The notes: generated by a model not told the origin, from the sequence alone. 64,000 nucleotides of DNA from an uncultured Chryseobacterium sp. (GCA_964476665.1 CAYZBO010000003.1:887-64886), one strand, 5' to 3'. Counted from the stretch's first letter, positions 28,487-39,051 are shown. Made by a program: numbers and translations.

Positions 28487-29736
28487 TGCTGTACCACCTC
28501 TTCGATAGCATCGGTGCGGGCATCCCGGGAGCAGGGGTGTTCAACTACATCTCGTTCCGGGCGGCCATGGCAGTCTTCGTCTCGTTGCTCATCTCGCTGT
28601 GGTGGGGCCAGGGGATCATCGGTCTGCTGCGCCGGCTCCAGGTGGGAGAGACCGTGCGCGATCTGGGTCTCGAGGGGCAACTGCAGAAGCAGGGTACGCC
28701 CACGATGGGTGGACTGATCATCCTCTCCGCCACCATCATTCCCACGCTGCTCTTCGCCAAGCTGAACAACATTTACATCATTCTGCTGCTGGTGAGCACG
28801 GTTTGGCTGGGGCTCATCGGCTTCCTCGACGACTACATCAAGGTCTTCAAGAAGGACAAGCGCGGCCTGGCCGGCAAGTTCAAGGTGGTGGGGCAGGTGG
28901 GGCTCGGCATCATCATCGGTGCGACCGTCTACTTCCACCCCGAGATACGTACCCGCGTGGAAGTTCCCGAGGTGCTGGCCGAACAGCTCGATCCGGCGGA
29001 GATCCACACGATCACCGAGGATGATGGCACGGTGCACTACATGCTCAACCGGAAGTCGCCGAACACGACGATCCCCTTCGTGAAGGATAATGAGTTCAAC
29101 TACTCGTCCATCCTGGGCAAGCTCTTCGGCAACGAGGCGCGCCGCTACACCTGGGTCGTCTACATCCTCGTGGTGATCTTCATCATCACGGCTGTCAGCA
29201 ACGGCGCCAACATCACCGATGGTGTGGACGGTCTCGCCACCGGGACATCGGCGATCATCGTGCTCACGCTGGGCATCCTGGCCTATGTGAGCGGCAACAT
29301 CGTCTTCGCGCACTACCTCGACATCATGTACATCCCCGGCTCGGGTGAACTGGCGGTGTTCATCGGCGCGCTGCTCGGGGCCTGCATCGGCTTCCTCTGG
29401 TACAATGCCTATCCGGCCCAGGTCTTCATGGGTGATACCGGCAGTCTGGCCTTGGGTGGGATCATCGCCACGCTGGCCATCCTGGTGCGCAAGGAGCTGC
29501 TCATTCCGGTGCTGTGCGGGATCTTCCTCGTGGAGAACCTGAGCGTGATGATGCAGGTCTCCTGGTTCAAGTACACCCGGAGGAAGTACGGCGAGGGTCG
29601 TCGGATCTTCCTCATGTCGCCGTTGCACCACCACTTCCAGAAGAAGGGCATCCACGAGAGCAAGATCGTGTCGCGCTTCTGGATCTTGGGGATCATGCTG
29701 GCCGTGCTGTCCATCGTAACCCTCAAGCTGCGTTGA
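28486..29736 (+). CDS. mraY: phospho-N-acetylmuramoyl-pentapeptide-transferase
   Basis: Polytopic membrane protein with conserved MraY motifs (NxxNxTDGxDGL, HHHF). TAATG overlap with murE. Confidence 0.9.
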   Translation: MLYHLFDSIGAGIPGAGVFNYISFRAAMAVFVSLLISLWWGQGIIGLLRRLQVGETVRDLGLEGQLQKQGTPTMGGLIILSATIIPTLLFAKLNNIYIILLLVSTVWLGLIGFLDDYIKVFKKDKRGLAGKFKVVGQVGLGIIIGATVYFHPEIRTRVEVPEVLAEQLDPAEIHTITEDDGTVHYMLNRKSPNTTIPFVKDNEFNYSSILGKLFGNEARRYTWVVYILVVIFIITAVSNGANITDGVDGLATGTSAIIVLTLGILAYVSGNIVFAHYLDIMYIPGSGELAVFIGALLGACIGFLWYNAYPAQVFMGDTGSLALGGIIATLAILVRKELLIPVLCGIFLVENLSVMMQVSWFKYTRRKYGEGRRIFLMSPLHHHFQKKGIHESKIVSRFWILGIMLAVLSIVTLKLR

Positions 29737-29741
29737 TCGGG

Positions 29742-31091
29742 ATGATGCAACGGAGCACATATCCCCTGGTGGTGCTGGGCGCGCAGGAAAGCGGTGTGGG
29801 TGCCGCCAAGCTCGCACAGCGCAAGGGTATTGATGTGTTCGTGAGCGATGCCGGTATCATCAAGCCGGACTATCGCGAGGAACTGGAGCGGCTGGGCATT
29901 CCCTTCGAAGAGCGCGGCCACACGGCCGAACGCGTGCTTGCAGCGCAGGAGATCATCAAGAGCCCGGGCATCCCCGATACCGCGTCGCTCGTGATGGCCG
30001 CAACGCAGCAGGGTATTCCGGTGATCAGCGAGATCGAGTTCGCCTATCGTTATTGCAACGGTCGCATCATCGGCATCACCGGCAGCAATGGAAAGACCAC
30101 CACCACGCTGCTCACCCATCATATCCTGAAGCGCGCAGGGCTCCATGTGGCACTCGGTGGCAACGTGGGCACCAGCTTCGCCGGGCTCGTCGCTGAAGGT
30201 GATCACGACTGGTACGTGCTTGAGCTGAGCAGCTTCCAGCTTGACGGCATCCGTGCGTTCCGTCCGCACATCGCCATCCTTCTGAACATCACGCCGGACC
30301 ACCTGGATCGATACCAGTACCGCATGGAGAATTATGTCTCCAGCAAGTTCCGCATTGCGATGAACCAGTCCGCAGCGGATCACTTCATCCATTGTGCCGA
30401 TGACCCGGAGACCGCCAACTGGTTGTCAGGCCATGCCGTGAAGGCTCAGCGCTGGCCCTTCTCCACCGAACGCATCCTGACCCGTGGTGCCTGGCTACAG
30501 GACCAGCACATCCACATCACCATCGACCAAACCACCTTCCACATGTCCATCATCGAACTCGCGCTCAAAGGCCGCCACAACGTCTACAACTCCATGGCCG
30601 CTGGCATCGCCGCCCGTGTGCTGGAGCTGCGCAATGATGTGGTGCGCGAAAGTCTGAGCGACTTCCAGAACGTGGAGCACCGCCTGGAACATGTGGCCCA
30701 GGTGAACGGGGTGGACTTCATCAACGACTCGAAGGCCACCAATGTGAACTCCGCGTGGTACGCGCTGGAGAGCATGGACAAGCCGGTGATCTGGGTGGCC
30801 GGTGGTGTTGACAAGGGCAATGATTACGCGTCGCTGCTGCCGCTGGTGAAGAGCAAGGTGAAGGCGCTGGTGTGCCTGGGCAAGGATAACGAGAAGCTGC
30901 ACAAGGCCTTCGGTGGACTGGTGAAGGACGTGGTGGACGCCGATAGTGCCGAGCAGGCCGTGCTGGCCGCCTACGCGCTCTCGGAGCCCGGTGATGTGGT
31001 GCTGTTGAGCCCTGCCTGCGCCAGCTTCGATCTGTTCGTGAATTACGAGGAACGCGGCCGTCGCTTCAAGGCAGCGGTGCGCGCCCTTTGA
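29742..31091 (+). CDS. murD: UDP-N-acetylmuramoylalanine--D-glutamate ligase
   Basis: Start MMQRSTYPLVVLG (the track ORF begins upstream in the mraY overlap). GITGSNGKTTTT P-loop plus the C-terminal Mur ligase domain. Confidence 0.9.
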   Translation: MMQRSTYPLVVLGAQESGVGAAKLAQRKGIDVFVSDAGIIKPDYREELERLGIPFEERGHTAERVLAAQEIIKSPGIPDTASLVMAATQQGIPVISEIEFAYRYCNGRIIGITGSNGKTTTTLLTHHILKRAGLHVALGGNVGTSFAGLVAEGDHDWYVLELSSFQLDGIRAFRPHIAILLNITPDHLDRYQYRMENYVSSKFRIAMNQSAADHFIHCADDPETANWLSGHAVKAQRWPFSTERILTRGAWLQDQHIHITIDQTTFHMSIIELALKGRHNVYNSMAAGIAARVLELRNDVVRESLSDFQNVEHRLEHVAQVNGVDFINDSKATNVNSAWYALESMDKPVIWVAGGVDKGNDYASLLPLVKSKVKALVCLGKDNEKLHKAFGGLVKDVVDADSAEQAVLAAYALSEPGDVVLLSPACASFDLFVNYEERGRRFKAAVRAL

Positions 31092-31103
31092 TACCGCATC
31101 GCC

Positions 31104-31607
31104 ATGGAACGCGCCAAGAACAACACACCGCATCTGCACCTCGCCGGTGGTCAACTGCTGGAAGCCCGGCGGTCAGGCCTGCTGCACATGCAGGGATCGG
31201 CGCACAGCCTCGAGCCGGTGCGCGAACTGGATGGTGTGCGCTACATCAACGACAGCCGTGCAACATTCCTCGATGCCTCACTGGCATCCATTGCCGAGGT
31301 GCAGGAGCCCTTGGTGTGGATCGCTGGGGCCTGGAGCGATGAGCTCACCGAAGGGCTCACCCAGGAACTGCTCGGCGACCGTCTGCGTGCCGTGGTGCTC
31401 TTCGGCACCGGTCATGACCGACACGCCTTCAGGGACGGCGGCCGTGTGTTCGTGGCCGATGACGTGCGCATGGCTGCGTTCCTGGCCCGCGAGATCGCCC
31501 AGGCGGGCGAAGTGGTGCTCTTCAGCCCTGCCTGCCCGAGCGGCAATGGCTTCGCCAACTACGAGGAGCGTGGGGTCGAATTCAAACGTGCGGTGAACGA
31601 CCTCTGA
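31104..31607 (+). CDS. standalone Mur-ligase C-terminal-domain protein, paralogous to the MurD C-terminus (possible duplicated remnant)
   Basis: The 167-aa ORF aligns with the last ~140 aa of the adjacent MurD: INDSRAT / INDSKAT, PLVWIAGA / PVIWVAGG, EVVLFSPACPSGNGFANYEERGVEFKRAV / DVVLLSPACASFDLFVNYEERGRRFKAAV. It has no ATP-binding or central domain. Confidence 0.6.
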   Translation: MERAKNNTPHLHLAGGQLLEARRSGLLHMQGSAHSLEPVRELDGVRYINDSRATFLDASLASIAEVQEPLVWIAGAWSDELTEGLTQELLGDRLRAVVLFGTGHDRHAFRDGGRVFVADDVRMAAFLAREIAQAGEVVLFSPACPSGNGFANYEERGVEFKRAVNDL

Positions 31608-31615
31608 GCAACACC

Positions 31616-32791
31616 ATGAGCAACTTGATCCATAAGCTCCGCGGCGATCGCGTGATCTGGATGACGGTCCTGTTCCTGGGACTGATCAGCCTGCTCGCCG
31701 TGTACAGCTCGATCAGCTCGCTCGCCTTCAAACGGGAGGGCGGAAGTACGCTTCATTTCCTCTTCAAGCATGGGCTCATGCTCGCATCCGGTGGCGCCAT
31801 CATGTACTACGCGTCCACCCTGCGTTACACCTACTATTCACGCCTTTCGATGCTGGCCATTCCGGTGACGGCGGGGTTGTTGCTGCTTACGCTGCTGCTC
31901 GGCTCCAACATCAATGATGCCAGCCGCTGGATCACCATCCCCATCATCAACCAGAGCTTTCAAACGAGCGATCTGGCCAAGGTGGTGCTGGTGGTCTACC
32001 TGGCCCGTGTGATCGCCAAGCAGAAGGACCTGGAGTGGACCCTGCGCGACGTGGTGGTGAAGTTGATGGTGCCCGTTGGTGCGATCTGCGGGCTCATCCT
32101 GCCCGCCAACTTCTCCACCGCTGCGTTGCTGTTCCTCATCAGTGTGCTTATCATGTTCATCGGCCAGGTGCCGGTGCGACATCTGTTCGTGGTGCTCGGT
32201 TCGGCGGTGTTCGCGTTCGTGCTCCTGTTGCTCATCGCCAAGAGCCAGCCCGGTCTGCTGCCGCGCCTCGATACATGGGTCGCCCGTCTGGAGAGCTTCG
32301 GTACGGCCGACAGCGATGCCAACTACCAGGTGGAGCATGCCAAGATCGCCATCGCTTCAGGCGGGCTTCTGCCCAATGGTCCCGGCAGCGGGGCCTCGCG
32401 CAACTGGCTTCCGCATCCGTATTCCGACATGATCTACGCGTTCATCATCGAAGAATACGGCAGCATCATCGGCGGGCTGGGTCTGCTTTTGCTCTACCTC
32501 ATCCTGCTCTTCCGTTCCGTGCGCATCGCCGGCCGTGTGGAGAAGCCCTTTGGTGCGCTTGCCGCCGTGGGCCTCAGCCTCATGCTCGTGCTGCAGGCGA
32601 TGATCAACATGGCGGTCGCGGTGAACCTCGTTCCCGTCACCGGTCAACCGCTGCCCCTGGTAAGCATGGGCGGTACTTCCATCTGGTTCACCAGCCTCGC
32701 GGTGGGCATCGTGCTCAGCGTGAGCCGCAGCCTCGAGGAACCTCTTTCGAACACCACCGATGAACAACGCCCACGCACAGCAGCAGCTTAG
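31616..32791 (+). CDS. ftsW: peptidoglycan glycosyltransferase FtsW (SEDS family)
   Basis: 10-TM SEDS protein with conserved loops (...ASGGLLPNGPGSG...). Confidence 0.9.
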   Translation: MSNLIHKLRGDRVIWMTVLFLGLISLLAVYSSISSLAFKREGGSTLHFLFKHGLMLASGGAIMYYASTLRYTYYSRLSMLAIPVTAGLLLLTLLLGSNINDASRWITIPIINQSFQTSDLAKVVLVVYLARVIAKQKDLEWTLRDVVVKLMVPVGAICGLILPANFSTAALLFLISVLIMFIGQVPVRHLFVVLGSAVFAFVLLLLIAKSQPGLLPRLDTWVARLESFGTADSDANYQVEHAKIAIASGGLLPNGPGSGASRNWLPHPYSDMIYAFIIEEYGSIIGGLGLLLLYLILLFRSVRIAGRVEKPFGALAAVGLSLMLVLQAMINMAVAVNLVPVTGQPLPLVSMGGTSIWFTSLAVGIVLSVSRSLEEPLSNTTDEQRPRTAAA

Positions 32792-33908
32792 GGTGATGAT
32801 CGCCGGTGGAGGCACCGGTGGGCACATCTTCCCGGCCATCGCCATCGCCAATGCGGTGCGCGAGCGGGAGGCCGCCGCCGAGTTCCTTTTCGTGGGTGCG
32901 GAGGGCAAGATGGAGATGACCAAGGTTCCAGCTGCGGGATACCGCATCGAAGGGCTTCCCATCCGTGGCTTCCAGCGGGGCAGCATTGTGAAGAACCTCG
33001 CACTGCCGTGGCTGCTGTTGCGCAGCATGCTCAAGGCCCGCAAGCTGGTCCGCACCTTCCGTCCGCAGGTGGCCGTGGGTGTGGGTGGCTACGCCAGCGG
33101 TCCGCTGCTCGCCGCCGCGCAGCGTATGGGCGTACCCACCCTGATCCAGGAACAGAACAGTTTCCCCGGAAAGACCAACATCCATCTGGCACAGCGTGCA
33201 CAGCGCATCTGTGTGGCCTATGCCGGCATGGAGCGATTCTTCCCCAAGGAGAAGCTGTTGCTCACAGGCAATCCGGTGCGCTCAGAGGTGGTGCGCCTCA
33301 CGGGCAAGCGTCCGCGTGGCATGGAGCACTTCGGGCTCGCCGACGATCGTCCGGTGCTGTTCATCACCGGTGGCAGCCTTGGTGCACGGGGCATCAACCG
33401 CGGCGCCGAAGCGGCACTTCAACAGTGGAAGGACGCCGGTATCCAGGTGATCTGGCAGACCGGCACACCCTACCTCGCACAGGCACGCGCAGCGGTGGAG
33501 ACCCTGGGCTACACCGATTGCAAGGTGCTGGAGTTCGTGGACCGGATGGACCTGGCCTACGCCGTGGCCGACCTGGTGGTGGCCCGTGCCGGTGCCATCA
33601 GCGTGAGCGAGCTCTGCCTCGTGGAGCGTCCCGCCATCCTCGTGCCGCTTCCCACCGCCGCCGAAGACCACCAGACGCACAATGCACGCGCCCTCACCGA
33701 TCGCGGTGCGGCCGTGCTGCTACCCGATACGGCTGCAGTGGAGCAACTTGGTCCGAAGGTGATCGAACTGCTGCACGATCCCGCCAGCTTGGAGCGCCTG
33801 CGGCGGGCCATCGCAGGACTTGGCACCCACAACGCGGCAGAGGCCATCGCCCAGGAAGTGATCCGACTCGCCCGCATTCCGTCCGCAACCAAGGCCACCG
33901 ACGCATAG
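32760..33908 (+). CDS. murG: UDP-N-acetylglucosamine--N-acetylmuramyl-(pentapeptide) pyrophosphoryl-undecaprenol N-acetylglucosamine transferase
   Basis: GGTGGHIFP N-terminal motif and C-terminal GT28 domain. An alternative start MIAGGG at 32796 would avoid the overlap with ftsW. Confidence 0.9.
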   Translation: MNNAHAQQQLRVMIAGGGTGGHIFPAIAIANAVREREAAAEFLFVGAEGKMEMTKVPAAGYRIEGLPIRGFQRGSIVKNLALPWLLLRSMLKARKLVRTFRPQVAVGVGGYASGPLLAAAQRMGVPTLIQEQNSFPGKTNIHLAQRAQRICVAYAGMERFFPKEKLLLTGNPVRSEVVRLTGKRPRGMEHFGLADDRPVLFITGGSLGARGINRGAEAALQQWKDAGIQVIWQTGTPYLAQARAAVETLGYTDCKVLEFVDRMDLAYAVADLVVARAGAISVSELCLVERPAILVPLPTAAEDHQTHNARALTDRGAAVLLPDTAAVEQLGPKVIELLHDPASLERLRRAIAGLGTHNAAEAIAQEVIRLARIPSATKATDA

Positions 33909-33911
33909 CAC

Positions 33912-35291
33912 ATGAGCACACTCAGCGGACATAAGCTCTTCTTCATCGGCATCGGCGGCATCGGCATGAGCGGCCTGGCGCGCTATTTCCGTCGTCGTGG
34001 TGCCGAGGTGGCCGGTTACGATCGCACGCCGAGCGAGCTCACCGCCCAGTTGATGGCCGAAGGCATCGAAGTGCAGTTCAGTGAGGATGCGCGCTTGATC
34101 CCAACCGACTTCATCGCAGCGCCGGCCTCTGAGGTGATGGTCGTGCGCACACCTGCCGTGCCCACAACAAGCCCGCTGCTGAAGCACTGGGAGGAACGCG
34201 GTGCACGCATCCTGAAGCGCGCTGAGGTGCTTGGCATCATCACCCGCGACAAGCCCACCATTGCTGTGGCAGGCACCCACGGCAAGACCACGGTGAGCAC
34301 CATGATCGCGCACCTGCTCACCGCAGGCGGCGTGAAGTGCAATGCATTCCTCGGAGGCATCGCAGCCAACTATGGCACCAACGTACTGCTGAACGACGAT
34401 GCCGTGGTGAACGTGGTGGAGGCCGATGAGTACGATCGCAGCTTCCTGCAGCTGTGCCCCACGCAGTCGGTCATCACGGCAATGGACCCCGATCACCTCG
34501 ACATCTACGGCACAGCCGAAGCGATGTTCGATGCCTATACCCAGTTCGCCATCCAATGCGATGGTCCGTTGCTCGTGCATGAGCGCATCGCCGGCCACTT
34601 CAGCGAACGCAGCCAGATGCGCACCTATGCGCTGGGCAGCAGCGGCGAGCCTTCAGCATCCAACGTCCGCGTGGTCAACGGCGCCTATGTGTTCGATCTG
34701 CACGCCGAGGGCTGCGTGCTGAAGGACCTGCAGCTGGGCATGCCGGGACGACATAATGTGGAGAACGCCATTGCGGCCTCCACTGTGGCCCTGCGGATGG
34801 GCGTGGGCGAGGATCGGTTGCGCGCCGGTCTGGCGAACTTCCGCGGCGTGGCACGTCGCTTCGAGGTGCGTGTGAACAGTGCCAAGGCCGTGTTCATTGA
34901 CGACTATGCGCACCACCCGAAGGAACTGGACGCCTGCATCGCCAGCGTGCGGGAACTGTATCCGGGACGCCGCATCACCGGTGTCTTCCAACCGCATCTC
35001 TTCAGTCGTACCCGCGACCTGGCACCTGAGTTCGCACGCAGCCTGTCCGCACTGGATGAGCTGATCCTGCTGGAGATCTACCCCGCCCGCGAAGAGCCGA
35101 TCGCCGGCATCACATCCGCCTGGTTGCTGGAACAGGTGCCCATGGCCAACAAGGTGCTCGCCACACGCGACGGGCTCCTCGACCTGCTCGCCGACCGTGC
35201 CACGGATGTGCTGGTGACCATGGGTGCGGGCGACATCGATCGTGTGCTGCCCGATCTGGAACGTCTCATCAACCAACGTGTCGAACCATGA
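33912..35291 (+). CDS. murC: UDP-N-acetylmuramate--L-alanine ligase
   Basis: GIGGIGMSGLA N-terminal Rossmann region and GTHGKTT P-loop. Confidence 0.9.
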   Translation: MSTLSGHKLFFIGIGGIGMSGLARYFRRRGAEVAGYDRTPSELTAQLMAEGIEVQFSEDARLIPTDFIAAPASEVMVVRTPAVPTTSPLLKHWEERGARILKRAEVLGIITRDKPTIAVAGTHGKTTVSTMIAHLLTAGGVKCNAFLGGIAANYGTNVLLNDDAVVNVVEADEYDRSFLQLCPTQSVITAMDPDHLDIYGTAEAMFDAYTQFAIQCDGPLLVHERIAGHFSERSQMRTYALGSSGEPSASNVRVVNGAYVFDLHAEGCVLKDLQLGMPGRHNVENAIAASTVALRMGVGEDRLRAGLANFRGVARRFEVRVNSAKAVFIDDYAHHPKELDACIASVRELYPGRRITGVFQPHLFSRTRDLAPEFARSLSALDELILLEIYPAREEPIAGITSAWLLEQVPMANKVLATRDGLLDLLADRATDVLVTMGAGDIDRVLPDLERLINQRVEP

Positions 35292-36091
35292 GCAAGTGGA
35301 AGCGATACATCCGACCGTCCGGGATGCTGCTCGGCCTGCTGGCCATTGTGCTGGCGCTTGGATTCGTGGAACGCAACGCCGACCGAACACCCCTGCACGA
35401 CCTGCGTGTGAGGGTGAGCGGTGCGGAGGGTGTGCGGTTCATCGACGAGGCCAGCGTTCGTCGCGAAGTGCTCGAGCAGGGCATTGCCGTGATGGGCACC
35501 ACCCTGGGCGAGGTGGATGAGACGCGCATCGAGGAACGGCTGCGCAGCATTCCATGTGTGGCCAGGGCCGAAGCCTACCACACCATGGATGGAGTGCTGC
35601 ATGTGAGCGTGGTCCAGCGCGATCCCATCGTGCGTGTGATCAACAGTGACGGGACAGGTTTCTACATTGACAAGGAGGGGTGGACCATGCCCACCGAACT
35701 GGCCCATCCCGCCCGTGTGCTGGTGGTCACAGGCGCGCTGAACGAACCAGGTGCCCGTGACGGCGTCATCGACATCCTGGGTAGCGACAGCCTGCGGTCC
35801 CGGTTCCTGTCAGATGACATCCATCGCATCGCCACGTTCATTCAGCGCGACCCGTTCTGGGATGCACTCGTCGACCAGTTGGTGGTGCGCGCCGATGGAC
35901 AGTTCGAACTGGTCCCCAAGGTGGGCGGCCAACGCATCCTCATCGGCGATGGCAGCAGCCTTGAACAGCGCTTCGCCAAGCTCCGGTTGTTCTACGCCAA
36001 AGGCATGCCCATGACCGACTGGCGCCGCTATGACCGCATCGACCTGCGCTTCGCCGACCAGGTCGTATGCACCGAACGAAAAATGCCCTAA
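35288..36091 (+). CDS. ftsQ: cell division protein FtsQ/DivIB-like
   Basis: Single N-terminal TM (LLGLLAIVLALGFV) followed by POTRA-like and beta domains. ATGA overlap with the murC stop. Position before ftsA. Confidence 0.7.
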   Translation: MSKWKRYIRPSGMLLGLLAIVLALGFVERNADRTPLHDLRVRVSGAEGVRFIDEASVRREVLEQGIAVMGTTLGEVDETRIEERLRSIPCVARAEAYHTMDGVLHVSVVQRDPIVRVINSDGTGFYIDKEGWTMPTELAHPARVLVVTGALNEPGARDGVIDILGSDSLRSRFLSDDIHRIATFIQRDPFWDALVDQLVVRADGQFELVPKVGGQRILIGDGSSLEQRFAKLRLFYAKGMPMTDWRRYDRIDLRFADQVVCTERKMP

Positions 36092-36105
36092 CCCCCCCAC
36101 AGACC

Positions 36106-37410
36106 ATGGACCAACACCAAGACATCGTGGCCGGCCTTGACATTGGCACGACCAAGATCGCCTGCATCGTCGGGCGCAAGAACGAACAAGGCAAGATCGA
36201 GATACTCGGAATGGGCAAGTCGCGCAGCGACGGTGTCAGCCGGGGCGTGGTCGCCAACATCCAGAAGACCGTGGAAAGCATCGTCGCCGCGGTGAAGATG
36301 GCAGAGGACAGTGCCGGTGTGGAGATCGGTACCGTGAACGTGGGCATCGCCGGCCAGCACATCCGCAGCATGCAGCACCGCGGCATGAAGATGCGCGAAA
36401 GCCTTGAGGAGGAGATCGCACAGAACGACATCGATCAGCTCATTGAGGAGACCTACCGGTTGGTGATGCCGCCCGGTGAGGAGATCATCCATGTGCTGCC
36501 CCAGGAGTACATCATCGACAACGAGCAGGGCATCCGTGATCCCATCGGAATGAGCGGTATCCGCATGGAGGCCAACTTCCACATCATCAGCGGCCAGGTG
36601 ACCGCGGCCCGTAACATCAACAAGTGCGTGCATCGTGCGGGGCTCAATGTCACCGAGCTGATCCTGGAGCCGCTCGCCAGTGCGGATGCCGTGCTGAGCC
36701 AGGAGGAGAAGGAGGCAGGTGTGGTGCTGGTGGACATCGGTGGTGGCACCACGGACATCGCCATTTTCTTCGACAACATCATCCGACACACCGCTGTGAT
36801 CCCCTTCGGCGGCAATGTGGTCACCGAAGACATCCGCCAGGGCTGTGGTATCATGCGTGAGCAGGCGGAGCAGCTCAAGACCAAGTTCGGCAGCGCGCTC
36901 GCTTCGGAGAACAAGGACAACGAGGTGGTGTGCATTCCCGGTCTGCGCGGTCGCGACCCCAAGGAGATCAGCCTGCGAACACTGGCGCAGATCATCCAAA
37001 GCCGCATGGAGGAGATCCTTGAGCATGTGCACTTCGAGATCAAGAATTCCGGCATGGAAAAGCAATTGATCGCGGGCATCGTGCTCACCGGTGGTGGAGC
37101 CCAGCTCAAGCACCTGAAGCACCTCGTGGAGCTGATGACCGGCATGAGCACGCGCATCGGTTATCCCAATGAGCACATTGCCAAGAGCGCTGTGGAGGAC
37201 GTTACCAGCCCGCTCCATGCCACCGGCGTTGGCCTGGTGATGAAGGGATTCGACTACCTGGAGCGCCACCGCAGCCGAACTTCCGTGGAATCCCGCGCCA
37301 ACGCCGCCGCCCGCACTCCTGTCAAGGGCCACTCCAAGGGCCTGCTCGGAGGACTGTTGGACAGCGTGATGAACGGCGCAAGCAACCTGCTCAAGGAGGA
37401 CGAGATCTGA
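36106..37410 (+). CDS. ftsA: cell division protein FtsA
   Basis: Actin-fold motifs (GLDIGTTKIACIVG; ...LVDIGGGTTDIAIF). Start MDQHQDIV at 36106. Confidence 0.9.
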   Translation: MDQHQDIVAGLDIGTTKIACIVGRKNEQGKIEILGMGKSRSDGVSRGVVANIQKTVESIVAAVKMAEDSAGVEIGTVNVGIAGQHIRSMQHRGMKMRESLEEEIAQNDIDQLIEETYRLVMPPGEEIIHVLPQEYIIDNEQGIRDPIGMSGIRMEANFHIISGQVTAARNINKCVHRAGLNVTELILEPLASADAVLSQEEKEAGVVLVDIGGGTTDIAIFFDNIIRHTAVIPFGGNVVTEDIRQGCGIMREQAEQLKTKFGSALASENKDNEVVCIPGLRGRDPKEISLRTLAQIIQSRMEEILEHVHFEIKNSGMEKQLIAGIVLTGGGAQLKHLKHLVELMTGMSTRIGYPNEHIAKSAVEDVTSPLHATGVGLVMKGFDYLERHRSRTSVESRANAAARTPVKGHSKGLLGGLLDSVMNGASNLLKEDEI

Positions 37411-37455
37411 GCTGTCAGATACACCCCTATCAACAACCGACCAATCCCCCCAACA

Positions 37456-39048
37456 ATGAAATTCGACATCCCCCAGGAGCTCAACTCGATCATCAAGGTG
37501 ATCGGCGTGGGCGGTGGCGGCAGCAACGCCGTCAATCACATGTACGAACAGGGCATTCGTGGCGTGGACTTCATCGTCTGCAACACGGACCGCCAGGCAC
37601 TCGACATCAGCCCGGTGCCCGTGAAGGTGCAGCTCGGTGTGGCCCTCACCGAGGGCCTGGGCGCCGGCGCCGTGCCGGATCGCGGCAGGGAGGCCGTGCA
37701 GGAGAACCTCGATGAACTGCGCCAGTTGCTCAGCACCCGCACGAAGATGGTGTTCATCACCGCAGGCATGGGTGGAGGCACCGGCACGGGTGCTGCGCCG
37801 GTCATCGCCCAGCTTGCCCGCGAAATGGGCATCCTCACGGTGGGCATCGTAACAAGCCCCTTCATGTGGGAGGGCCGCCGTCGCAAGCAGCAGGCCGTGA
37901 GCGGCGTGGAGGAACTGCGAAATGCAGTGGATACCCTGCTCGTGATCAACAACGACCGGCTCCGCGACCTCTTCGGCAACCTCTCTGTCGACAACGCCTT
38001 CGAACATGCCGACAATGTGCTCACCACTGCGGCACGCGGCATCGCCGAGATCATCACCAAGACCGGCAAGGTGAACGTCGACTTCGAGGATGTGAAGACC
38101 GTCATGACCCGCAGTGGAAATGCCATCATGGGCATGGCCGAAGCCGAAGGTGAGGACCGCGCCATGCGTGCGGCCCAGGAGGCGCTCGACTCACCCCTGC
38201 TGAACGATAACAACATCGCCGGAGCCAAGTTCGTGCTGCTCAACATCACTCATGGTACGCGCGAGATCCTCATGGACGAGATCGGCGAGATCACCGATCA
38301 CATCCAGGATGCAGCCGGAAGTGGTGCGGATGTGATCTGGGGCTATGGCAAGGATGAGAGCCTTGGCGACAAGGTGCGCATCACCGTCATCGCCACCGGA
38401 TTTGAGACCAGTGCCGTCACCGGTGCCATCGTGCGCGCTTCCGAAGCCCGCACCGTGATCCCCTTGGACGCCGACCGGCCCACCATGATCACCCAACCCA
38501 TCGTGAACCCGGTCGCCATGGCTGCACCTGCGGCTCCGGTGATGCCGCCGGTACCACCTGCTTTCGAGGAGCCGTACATCAAGCAGGTGCCCGAAGCGAC
38601 CCAAGAGGAGGAGAGGACCACCCCCGCAGCCCCGCAGGCTACCATCGAGTTCGAGGTCGAGACACGCCAAACGCGAGTTGAACAGCCCGAAGCACCAGTG
38701 GCAGAGGAGAAGATCGTGCACGGGCTGTGGGATGAAATGGAGCCTCGGGCCGATTCCCCAGCGGTGGTTTCCGAGGCCCGCCTGAGCCCGCAGCAGCACC
38801 AGGCCCGCGTGGAGGAGCGGCAGGCCCGCATGCGTGAGATCACCCAGCGTCTCCGTTCTCCCAACGGATTGGCGGACATGGAGCACGTGCCCGCTTACAA
38901 GCGCAAGAACATCCACATCAGCGATGTGCAGCACAGCGCCGATTCCAACGTGAGCCGATACACGCTCAACGAGGAGGTCGACGAACATGGTGAGCGGCGT
39001 GTGGAGATCAAGCGCAACAACCCCTTCCTGCACGACAACGTGGACTGA
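37456..39048 (+). CDS. ftsZ: cell division GTPase FtsZ (long C-terminal linker)
   Basis: Tubulin signature GGGTGTG (FITAGMGGGTGTGAAPV) with a T7 loop. The ~200-aa Pro/Glu/Ala-rich C-terminal extension ends with the conserved C-terminal peptide. Confidence 0.95.
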   Translation: MKFDIPQELNSIIKVIGVGGGGSNAVNHMYEQGIRGVDFIVCNTDRQALDISPVPVKVQLGVALTEGLGAGAVPDRGREAVQENLDELRQLLSTRTKMVFITAGMGGGTGTGAAPVIAQLAREMGILTVGIVTSPFMWEGRRRKQQAVSGVEELRNAVDTLLVINNDRLRDLFGNLSVDNAFEHADNVLTTAARGIAEIITKTGKVNVDFEDVKTVMTRSGNAIMGMAEAEGEDRAMRAAQEALDSPLLNDNNIAGAKFVLLNITHGTREILMDEIGEITDHIQDAAGSGADVIWGYGKDESLGDKVRITVIATGFETSAVTGAIVRASEARTVIPLDADRPTMITQPIVNPVAMAAPAAPVMPPVPPAFEEPYIKQVPEATQEEERTTPAAPQATIEFEVETRQTRVEQPEAPVAEEKIVHGLWDEMEPRADSPAVVSEARLSPQQHQARVEERQARMREITQRLRSPNGLADMEHVPAYKRKNIHISDVQHSADSNVSRYTLNEEVDEHGERRVEIKRNNPFLHDNVD

Positions 39049-39051
39049 GCC

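Noticed and set aside
28405-38007. Long minus-strand ORFs (28405-29817, 36088-38007) and other antisense ORFs within the dcw cluster
   Set aside because: Antisense to mraY, ftsA and ftsZ. Composition-driven artefacts.
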